In this document: one piece after another, positions 38,506 to 46,045 of the stretch
How positions within the stretch are numbered: position 1 is the first letter of the stretch
How the letters are laid out: every line of letters starts with the position of its first letter
Virus record (IMG/VR): IMGVR_UViG_3300028832_000122
Span: 1-64,000 of that record
Length of the DNA stretch: 64,000 nucleotides
Direction: 5' to 3' (one strand)
From: a virus
Lineage: Duplodnaviria; Caudoviricetes
Position numbers and translations under genes: made by a program
Notes under the pieces: generated by a model
What the model was told of the DNA's origin: nothing
The model's input: only the letters and a program-made list of their open reading frames with translations
The model's database searches: none

Positions 38506-39258
38506 ATGCTCCACTCCCTTCCACGTGCATACCGCACACCATCCGGTGCAGTATATACCCCGTTCCTCCGCCTTGCTGAACGTCCGCACCTGCTCATAGC
38601 GGGTGCGACGGGAAGCGGTAAGTCCGTCGCTCTGAATGGTATCATTCATTCCATGCTGATGACTCAATCCCCGTTCAAGTGTCAGTTTGTACTCATCGAC
38701 CCGAAGAAGGTGGAACTCGTGCAGTATGAATCGATCCCGCACACAGCCCGCTACGCTTCGGATCATCCCGAGATTGTCCGTGCCCTGCAATGGAGCGTGG
38801 AAGAAACTGACCGCAGATTTTCTGCCATGCAGATAGCAGGCGTCAAGGAGTACGACGGTCCGCATCTGTACGTCATCATCGACGAACTCGCCGACCTCAT
38901 GGTTTCCATTAAGAAGGAAACGCTCCCGCTCCTGCAACGCCTCGCACAGATTGGACGTGCTGCCCGTGTCCATGTCATCGCCTGCACGCAGAACGTCCTG
39001 GCGGTAACAATCCCGACCGTCCTCAAGTGCAATTTCTCGACCATCCTCGGCCTGCGTACATGCAACGCACAACAATCCCGCTTCCTCATCGCATCGACAG
39101 GATGCGAGATGCTCCCCGATCCGAAGCGTGATGGCAAAGGCTATGGCTTCATTCGGGACGGGGCCGACCTCGAAAAGCTTCTCATCTATAAGTACCCCGA
39201 CGACCAGGTCGACGCCGTCATCGACTGGTGGACATCCTCCTCCTGCATCGCATCATGA
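38506..39258 (+). CDS. Stand-alone FtsK/SpoIIIE-type ATPase domain
   Basis: PHLLIAGATGSGKS Walker A, LIDPKKVEL, IIDELADL Walker B, GRAARVHVIACTQ. Confidence 0.88.
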   Translation: MLHSLPRAYRTPSGAVYTPFLRLAERPHLLIAGATGSGKSVALNGIIHSMLMTQSPFKCQFVLIDPKKVELVQYESIPHTARYASDHPEIVRALQWSVEETDRRFSAMQIAGVKEYDGPHLYVIIDELADLMVSIKKETLPLLQRLAQIGRAARVHVIACTQNVLAVTIPTVLKCNFSTILGLRTCNAQQSRFLIASTGCEMLPDPKRDGKGYGFIRDGADLEKLLIYKYPDDQVDAVIDWWTSSSCIAS

Positions 39259-39271
39259 AAGGAGCACAGCA

Positions 39272-39580
39272 ATGAAGAAAGAACTGAGAGAATATGCCAG
39301 GAAGATCCTGGCAGACCATGGGTGCGATGAGTTTTCATACGGCACCACATCAGGCGAACAGATTATGAGCGATCTGAAGGAAGCATACCCGGACGGCATG
39401 GACCATCCGTACATCGACGTCCTCCGCGATGAGGAAGAAGAAGCATACGAAAACCTGCCGGAGTCTATCCAGGAGTCTGAGCGCGGTGAAACGATGACCG
39501 ACGCGATTGGCAACCTGGAGGATGCGATCTCTACACTGGAGGACGCTACCAGTTGCCTCAGTGACGCAAAGGGGGAATAA
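39272..39580 (+). CDS. Hypothetical protein, possibly a two-gene fusion
   Basis: GAAAGGAG RBS; C-terminal half RDEEEEAYENLPESIQESERGE is a distinct acidic helical module. Confidence 0.55.
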   Translation: MKKELREYARKILADHGCDEFSYGTTSGEQIMSDLKEAYPDGMDHPYIDVLRDEEEEAYENLPESIQESERGETMTDAIGNLEDAISTLEDATSCLSDAKGE

Positions 39581-39582
39581 CA

Positions 39583-39837
39583 ATGAGTCAGAACAAGCAT
39601 TACTTTATCAGACGCACATGCCTGCGGACCGGCCGCATTGACTACAAAAAGAACAAGTGTGTCGATGGGTGGGTTAACAAAAAGTCTATGTGCTGGCAGT
39701 TTTCTCTGACCGGCGCAACGGATCTCGTCAAAGAGTTTCAGCGCCACGCTGACAAAAACGGCAATTTTTATCAGTACTTCTACGACCTGGTTGAAGGTAC
39801 TCTTCCCTACTCCGGCCGCGATCCACACTGCGATTAA
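39583..39837 (+). CDS. Hypothetical protein
   Basis: ORF with RBS ending before a terminator. Confidence 0.55.
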   Translation: MSQNKHYFIRRTCLRTGRIDYKKNKCVDGWVNKKSMCWQFSLTGATDLVKEFQRHADKNGNFYQYFYDLVEGTLPYSGRDPHCD

Positions 39838-39856
39838 TCCTCTCTCTCTTTCTTGG

Positions 39857-39890
39857 CCGTCCGGATCCGTTCCGGGCGGTCTCTTTTTTA
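39857..39890 (+). terminator. Intrinsic terminator ending plus-strand block
   Basis: GCCGTCCGGA...TCCGGGCGGT stem followed by T-run. Confidence 0.65.
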
Positions 39891-39902
39891 TACCGTTCTT
39901 TA

Positions 39903-40036
39903 TGTCACAAACGAGCGTTTCTGACACGTTTTTGCAAGCTGTCCGTTCCGCTCATATCGCCCGGGTGTTTTCGTATCAATATCCGTATCAAAATCATGTT
40001 GTCTAATACGTCCGTTTGTGATATAATATAACTACA
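39903..40036 (+). promoter_or_regulatory. Putative res site (resolvase binding subsites) overlapping resolvase promoter
   Basis: Palindromes TGTCACAAACG-AG-CGTTTCTGACA (39903-39926) and TGTCTAATACG-TC-CGTTTGTGATA (40000-40023); CGTATCAA direct repeats between them; TATAAT at 40022. Confidence 0.7.
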
Positions 40037-40064
40037 GAATCATATGAAAGGTGGCAGATGCCAA

Positions 40065-40625
40065 GTGAAAATCGGATATGCTCGCGTGTCCACCCAGGAC
40101 CAGAATCTCGACCGTCAGCTGGATAACCTCCGCGCCGCTGGCTGCGAGAGAATCTTTAACGAGAAGATGACCGGAACGAAATCAGACCGGCCGGAGTTGA
40201 AGACGATGCTTCTCACTCTGCGGCCGGGAGACGTCCTGGTAATCGATTCGTTCTCGCGCCTCAGCAGATCCACCAAAGACCTGCTGGATCTCGTAGAGAA
40301 ACTGACAGCCATGGACGTCCATCTCGTCAGCCTGAAGGAAAACCTGGACACGACCACGGCGACCGGGAAACTGATGCTTACCATGTTGTCCGCGCTGTCT
40401 CAGTTCGAGCGGGATCTCATTGCCGAACGAACCATCGATGGACTGAAGGCCGCTCGTGCTCGTGGCCGGTGCGGAGGCCGGCCGGTGATCGGAACCGATA
40501 AGGACAGGAAGCAGGCGCTTGCGATGTATCGCTCAAACGCCATGACAAATCCGGAGATCGCCGAACGGTTTGGGATATCGTTGTCGACGCTGAACCGGTG
40601 GATCAGAAAGGAAAAGCAGGGGTGA
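40065..40625 (+). CDS. Small serine resolvase/invertase (Tn3 resolvase/Pin family) with C-terminal HTH
   Basis: IGYARVSTQDQNLDRQ (catalytic Ser intact), SFSRLSRS, ARARGRCGGRP, HTH. Confidence 0.95.
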   Translation: MKIGYARVSTQDQNLDRQLDNLRAAGCERIFNEKMTGTKSDRPELKTMLLTLRPGDVLVIDSFSRLSRSTKDLLDLVEKLTAMDVHLVSLKENLDTTTATGKLMLTMLSALSQFERDLIAERTIDGLKAARARGRCGGRPVIGTDKDRKQALAMYRSNAMTNPEIAERFGISLSTLNRWIRKEKQG

Positions 40626-40647
40626 TCGTTCCCCTGCTTTTTTTATT
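40613..40647 (+). terminator. Intrinsic terminator after resolvase
   Basis: AAGCAGGGG...CCCCTGCTT then TTTTT. Confidence 0.8.
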
Positions 40648-40722
40648 TCACCTTGGAGCAACCTGTCACGTCGTAAGACTATATATATATTATTTATCCG
40701 TAATAGTAGTAATATATATACG

Positions 40723-41289
40723 TCACTCGTCCTCGTCTGGTATCGCTTCGATCAGACGTTGACGTGCTGTGTCCGCATCCAGCCCCTGCATCGGGTTGTT
40801 CGGTGTCACGACAACGTCCGCTACGTCCTTGTACCCGTACCAGTTCTTTGCGAGGAAGATCGCCGTGGGCGGAGATATCTTTCCGTACGTCATGTAGTCC
40901 GTCCACATTTCCTCCATAAAATTGTATGCTTTTTTAATGATGTCGCTGTGCGTATCAGCCCGTGTTACTCCTCTTACCCATTCATTCAGCGTATCCCGGC
41001 TTATTCCCAGCCAATTGCACATCCCGATGATTTGCGGACGCCGGTCGTTATCTGAGCAGAACTTGAAGTACATACCTATCCGTTCCCGAACCTGTTCGGG
41101 GTCGGAGATATCGATAGGCGGAAGATCCCACGAAGCGAGTGCCCACCGGACGAACCGTGCGTTGTCACCAGGCTGAACGTTTCCACCGTCTTCCGACAGT
41201 TCCTTCATCCAATCAGAGCCGCGGTTACGTTTCTTTTTCACGACCTGTTCTATCTGTTCGGTTGAGATTATGTTATCTTTATCACTCAT
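40723..41289 (-). CDS. terS: Terminase small subunit (DNA-packaging gp3-like)
   Basis: GMCNWLGISRDTLNEW HTH, AIFLAKNWYGYKD motif. Confidence 0.78.
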   Translation of the reverse strand: MSDKDNIISTEQIEQVVKKKRNRGSDWMKELSEDGGNVQPGDNARFVRWALASWDLPPIDISDPEQVRERIGMYFKFCSDNDRRPQIIGMCNWLGISRDTLNEWVRGVTRADTHSDIIKKAYNFMEEMWTDYMTYGKISPPTAIFLAKNWYGYKDVADVVVTPNNPMQGLDADTARQRLIEAIPDEDE

Positions 41290-42727
41290 TGTTCTCGCCT
41301 CCATAAGCGTACTTAATGTCCTTCCAATCGAGATCCGCGTACTGTTTTACCTCGGGCCAGAAGTGGGGTTTTGATGTCGACACGAAGTGTTTAATGATCG
41401 GATTGGTGCACGGTTCGGACACGAACGAATCAGAGTAGCGTGACGGCAGACGGCGGATGCGCATATGGCAGAGGTAATTAAGCACGTCCTGCTCGAGGTG
41501 TTCGTAGTGTTTAGTGTTAATCTCGTCGATTACTTCCTTGTCTTTACCGTCCTCGGAGAATTTCTTGAGGTTCATGAGCATGACGCCTGCGTTGAAGTAC
41601 GGGCGGAGTGTGTGGTTGTGGTTGCGTACCTCTTCAACGGCAGCGAAGTAGCGGTGTGTGATATCCGTTGTCCACAGGTCGGATATATCATCGACGACGA
41701 CGGTATCAGGATCCAGCCACAGGACTTTCTCGACGTAGAGCGGGAGGATGCGAGTCAGACCTGCTCGAAGGGTTGTCATAGTACCGTACCATGCCATGAT
41801 ATTCGGGCCGTTTGCGGGGAAGATAGTCTGGTTTGTGACGTTAATGCATTCTATCACAGGCGGGAGCGGTCCGTACTTTGACGGGAGAGTGTCGCCGTCG
41901 ATGAGGAAGAAGACTTTGTCGATGTGCGTGTGATACAGCAGGGATTTTGCCGCGGACACCATCATATCGTAGACTCTGCGGTCGCCAGCGTACACGACGT
42001 AGCGTGGTTCGGGCGTGGTATGTGTGAGCCAGTACTGCACCTCACCCATATCAGACCAGTCATCGAGTCCTGCAAAGTGCTTAATGATGGTACGTTTCGG
42101 GTTGCCGGTGACATCAAACGTCTGCTTTGTGACATTGTAGTCAGGCGGAAGCGGGTCGAAACGGTTACCGCAGATTTTAACGAATGCGTCCTGCTCGGGG
42201 TAGGCGTGGTAGCGTGTGTTTACTTCTGCGATTATCTCTTCGTCCTTGCCGGATGAACGGAGTTTGTTAAGGTTCAGCATAGCCACGCCGAAGTTCGGGT
42301 ACGGAATCCCGCGAAGCTGTGAACCACGAGGCTCGACGACGGCTGCGAAGTATGCGTGTGAGAGATCCCACTCCCAAAGCGGGGATATGTCAGCGCACAC
42401 GATTGTGTCGACGTCGAGGATGACAGCCTTGTCCGCATCGGGGAAGATCTTTGTGAGCGCGGTCTTAAGGAGGATCATGTACGAGTACTTTGTGTTGTAG
42501 CACGGTCCGTCCTGGGGGAAGAGCGTCTGTCCTGTGACGTTGACGCATGTGACCTGTGGCGGGGTTTTAACGGGGAGTTTATCGTGCTCAATGAAGCAGT
42601 ACACGTGGACATCTGGAGTGTATGCAAGCAGGGAGTTGTATGCTGCCGGAAGCACGCCGTACAGGGTCTGAGTGCAGAAGTACGACACGATTTTCTCGCC
42701 TGGTTGCGTGTGGATTACGGGAATCAT
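41282..42727 (-). CDS. Tandem double glycosyltransferase family 8 protein
   Basis: Two copies of (K)xxxLDxDTxV...YFAAVxE...xNxGVxxxNL...EQDxxN...IxHF GT8 motif set. Confidence 0.9.
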   Translation of the reverse strand: MIPVIHTQPGEKIVSYFCTQTLYGVLPAAYNSLLAYTPDVHVYCFIEHDKLPVKTPPQVTCVNVTGQTLFPQDGPCYNTKYSYMILLKTALTKIFPDADKAVILDVDTIVCADISPLWEWDLSHAYFAAVVEPRGSQLRGIPYPNFGVAMLNLNKLRSSGKDEEIIAEVNTRYHAYPEQDAFVKICGNRFDPLPPDYNVTKQTFDVTGNPKRTIIKHFAGLDDWSDMGEVQYWLTHTTPEPRYVVYAGDRRVYDMMVSAAKSLLYHTHIDKVFFLIDGDTLPSKYGPLPPVIECINVTNQTIFPANGPNIMAWYGTMTTLRAGLTRILPLYVEKVLWLDPDTVVVDDISDLWTTDITHRYFAAVEEVRNHNHTLRPYFNAGVMLMNLKKFSEDGKDKEVIDEINTKHYEHLEQDVLNYLCHMRIRRLPSRYSDSFVSEPCTNPIIKHFVSTSKPHFWPEVKQYADLDWKDIKYAYGGENNE

Positions 42728-43695
42728 GTGTTCACCTCCTCTATCAGTTTACATATGCGTTCACAGGCATGTCCGTCGAGCGATGCATCGGCTACGGTAC
42801 GCAGGCAAGCCTTCTCTGTTTCAGTGAGGCCGTCGGCAGTGCGGAGCAGTGTGATGAGTTCTGCTTCCGTCCGTGCGTAGCGGGAAGAGTAGAACGCAGG
42901 GTACGGGAAGTACATACCGCGTGTCTGGAGGTAGCCTGGGTTCTTCTCGAACAGGACAACGGGCTTGCGGAGGATGTATGCATCGAACATCACGGAAGAG
43001 TAGTCGGTGATGACGACGTCTGCATCGTAGAGGTACGGGGCTGAAGGTTCGTCCCCGGGGACTGCGATGATGTGCCTGTACTGACTGTCGATAACTTTCC
43101 TCGACACGTACTGGTAGTACCACGGGTGCGGTTTGAACACGAACATCTCGTCGTCAGACAGGATACTGTCGATATAGTCAAGGTCGATGTATGGTAAAGG
43201 TGTTTCACCTTTGTCCCTGAACGTTGGCACATAGAGGTACGCACGCTTGCAGGAGAGAGGTGTGTGCCCGTCACCTTTATGTTTTCCGACGTACTGGTCA
43301 GTACGTGGCATTCCAAGCGGAAGGATCCTGTCATGTGGGACAAGCGTGCAACTCTCCCATATGCCGATTGTACCCGTTCCGGCTGACACGATGTAAGTTA
43401 TCCTGTCTGCTACGGACGGGTGGTAGTACGGCGTACCTGGCTGATCCATACCGCAACACTTGCTTCCGTGGATTCCGTGACCGATGACGATGCATTTGCC
43501 GGGAGTGTAAGCTGGAAAGTCATCTATCACCATCAGGTCATACCGTCCGGATGTTACCTGTTCGCGGTAGTCGTCGTCATAGGAATGAATCAGTTGCTTG
43601 TCACCGTCGTATGCTTCATAGATGGCACGCAGGTTTTCAGCACGCTCGATTGGACGGAAGCATGAGAACAGCACAGGCTTAGGCATCGTTGTCAT
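42724..43695 (-). CDS. CDP-glycerol/ribitol:poly(polyol-phosphate) phosphotransferase (TagF/TagB-like)
   Basis: HG...K..GMD, LPLGMPRTD, LYVPTFRD, KPHP, ADVVITDYSSVMFDAYILRKPVV motifs. Confidence 0.88.
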   Translation of the reverse strand: MTTMPKPVLFSCFRPIERAENLRAIYEAYDGDKQLIHSYDDDYREQVTSGRYDLMVIDDFPAYTPGKCIVIGHGIHGSKCCGMDQPGTPYYHPSVADRITYIVSAGTGTIGIWESCTLVPHDRILPLGMPRTDQYVGKHKGDGHTPLSCKRAYLYVPTFRDKGETPLPYIDLDYIDSILSDDEMFVFKPHPWYYQYVSRKVIDSQYRHIIAVPGDEPSAPYLYDADVVITDYSSVMFDAYILRKPVVLFEKNPGYLQTRGMYFPYPAFYSSRYARTEAELITLLRTADGLTETEKACLRTVADASLDGHACERICKLIEEVNT

Positions 43696-44032
43696 TCTCC
43701 TTCCGCTCGAGGAATCCGCACTCTTCCATCACGGTACGATTTGCACGGCGGATCACCATCCAAATGACCTTCGCAGGGATATTGTTCTTGAGGCTGTAGT
43801 CCTCGACGGCGTATTGGTCATCGCCCCAGCGTGTGGTGAAGTACATCTGCAGGATATCCTGATCAGACTTCACGAAGTCCTTGAGGTAGACATGATTGCA
43901 GATGGCATAGATACGTTGCTCGGGCAGTGTGAGTTTATCCCAATTGAATCCGTCACGCTGCATGGCGAAGTAAGTACGCCACATGTGGTTGGATACGCCT
44001 CTCCACCACTCAATGTTCTTCATCGGTATCAC
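43679..44032 (-). CDS. Hypothetical protein, possibly RinA/ArpU-like late regulator
   Basis: Size, position before late genes and C-terminal WMVIRRA...ECGF resemblance; weak. Confidence 0.35.
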   Translation of the reverse strand: MIPMKNIEWWRGVSNHMWRTYFAMQRDGFNWDKLTLPEQRIYAICNHVYLKDFVKSDQDILQMYFTTRWGDDQYAVEDYSLKNNIPAKVIWMVIRRANRTVMEECGFLERKENDNDA

Positions 44033-44169
44033 CTTCCTTCCCTTGTGCGTACTCCTCGAGCCTGTCCGCGGCTTCCGTGAGGAGTTTAAGCCTGTCCCGG
44101 GTAAGCATCCCGCCTGCTGACGCCATCAGACGCAGGCGTGAGATTATCTTATCCGTAGGCAGACGTGGT

Positions 44170-44826
44170 TTACTGTTCATTCGCATTCCCCCTTTGCCTG
44201 TATGCCAGGAAGTCTTTCTCCGTGTACACGTACGGCCCGATGTGACCGCATGACACACGGCTGTCACACCATATCGGATACCCGAGCTGGTTTACCCGAT
44301 GGCAGAAGGCAATGTCTTCCCCTGCCCACGGGAGCGGGCTGAATGCAGGTCCGCACTCATCCCACACCGCCTTCAGCAGTTTCACGGATGTAAGCACGAC
44401 GCCAAACCCGCAACCTTTTACCTTGAACAGCGTGTCCCTGGGGAAGTCATCGTAGTTGTGTATCTTCCCTATCTTTTTCCCGTTCTCATCAAGGTATGGT
44501 TCTTCGAGAACGTCATAGATTACAGGCGAGTACGGAGGCCGGCGCTTGAAGTACACACCTGTGACCATGTCTGCGTTAAGTTTGTCCATGTCTTCCATGA
44601 GCAGTTTCATGGTTGACTTCGTGAACATCATGTCCGAATCAAACCACATCACCCTGTCGTATCCCTGTGTGATAGCATTGATACTGATGAGATTCCGGCT
44701 GTCATACACGAGCGAGTTCGCCTGTTGGTTCACGAACACGTTATCACCCTTCTCAAGGTAGAGCAGGGACGTCTGAAACCCGACAGGCACGTCATCCATG
44801 CATGGGATTGCAATCATTGTCTTCAT
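44170..44826 (-). CDS. GT-A fold glycosyltransferase, paralog of 24791..25438
   Basis: MIAIP...YDSRNLI...VMWFDSD (DxD)...GCGFGVVL...GEDIAFC...CGHI. Confidence 0.82.
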   Translation of the reverse strand: MKTMIAIPCMDDVPVGFQTSLLYLEKGDNVFVNQQANSLVYDSRNLISINAITQGYDRVMWFDSDMMFTKSTMKLLMEDMDKLNADMVTGVYFKRRPPYSPVIYDVLEEPYLDENGKKIGKIHNYDDFPRDTLFKVKGCGFGVVLTSVKLLKAVWDECGPAFSPLPWAGEDIAFCHRVNQLGYPIWCDSRVSCGHIGPYVYTEKDFLAYRQRGNANEQ

Positions 44827-44850
44827 GATTTCTGTCCTTTCTGCGTGTTT

Positions 44851-45150
44851 TGTTACGGTGTCGCACGTTTTGTTACGGTGTCACTTTGAAATCCGTAACA
44901 AGCAAGAGCGTTGATTTATAAGGCTTACAGGATTTTTGTTACGGATGTTACGGATGTTACGGTGTGAAAATACCTATTACGCGCGCGAGCACGCGTGCCT
45001 TGAATTCGGATTTCACAAAATATACGTCCAATATATAGGGTGTATGTCCGAAAAATCCGTAACATCCGTAACAAGGTACCTCAACTCCTTATGTTTCAAG
45101 GCTTCCGCTTGTTACGAACCACCGTAACAAGCCACTAACATCCGTAACAA
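44851..45150. repeat. Iteron array (TGTTACGG/CCGTAACA), probable replication origin
   Basis: About 10 copies in both orientations in a non-coding region downstream of the DUF927 gene. Confidence 0.8.
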
Positions 45151-45162
45151 GGTCAGGGAAGG

Positions 45163-45555
45163 TCAGTCTGATAATTTATAATCGAACCATCCGCTGATGA
45201 TGTTCTGCGGGTAGAAGATAATTTCGTATTTGTATTTGCTGACTTCTTTTGTTTCGATCTGCTCGACGATATACGTCGTGTCCTGCGAGAGGTGGGCATA
45301 GTTCAGAACGTATTCGCCAGGGGCCTTTTCAATGGTGATATTCAGGTCGCCGTCCTTGTCCACGTCAATGGACAGCAGGCCGGTAATCTGCATCATAGCC
45401 TTGTCCGTACGCGTGTTCATGACGGTTATCCTTCTGCGAACGTTGAACTCTTCCGCCTCACGCTTGAGGTTGTACGTGACCTTATCCGACTGCGAGCAGG
45501 CGGACATCACAAACAGGAATGCAATCAGAATTGCGAAGACCAAAGAACGTTTCAT
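45163..45555 (-). CDS. Phage lipoprotein
   Basis: Signal peptide with lipobox MSAC; FNVRRRITVMNTRTD motif. Confidence 0.75.
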   Translation of the reverse strand: MKRSLVFAILIAFLFVMSACSQSDKVTYNLKREAEEFNVRRRITVMNTRTDKAMMQITGLLSIDVDKDGDLNITIEKAPGEYVLNYAHLSQDTTYIVEQIETKEVSKYKYEIIFYPQNIISGWFDYKLSD

Positions 45556-45725
45556 ACAGAATCCTCCTATTAATTACTTCACATAAATGATTCCTTTGGC
45601 TGCGTATTGCCTTTGGAAATCATTCAGCATTCGCTGACCAAGTCTGTGCCAGCGTGCTTTCTTATATGACTTCCGATAAATCTTCCATATGATTTTGCCA
45701 TATGACGTCACGATAATAACCATGT

Positions 45726-46031
45726 TTAGCCTCCACCAGTCGGGTAATTATTCCTGATGACCGTCACAATTGCGTAGTTATATGCACGTTCACGGGCAAG
45801 ATCCTTTTCAAGTTTCAGGTTTTGCTGGATGAGTTCAGAGTTTTCAATCCTCATCTTGTTCATATCTTTCTCAAACTTATCTTCGATAAACGCCAAAGCG
45901 TCAAGCATCAGATACGAATCGCAGCTGATCTCCTTAGTTGACGAGCCATAGTACGGGCAGTTATCGCATCCGTTGTTGGATGAGTGAATGCAATGTCGCA
46001 ATCCTTCGGCTACATTTTTTAATTCTCTCAT
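45726..46031 (-). CDS. Hypothetical Cys-containing coiled-coil protein
   Basis: LRHC...GCDNCPY...C motif. Confidence 0.5.
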   Translation of the reverse strand: MRELKNVAEGLRHCIHSSNNGCDNCPYYGSSTKEISCDSYLMLDALAFIEDKFEKDMNKMRIENSELIQQNLKLEKDLARERAYNYAIVTVIRNNYPTGGG

Positions 46032-46045
46032 GCTGTACCTCTCTT

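Noticed and set aside
32600-40060. Whole island as an invertible segment
   Set aside because: No matching inverted recombination site to the 39903-40023 palindromes found at the left boundary
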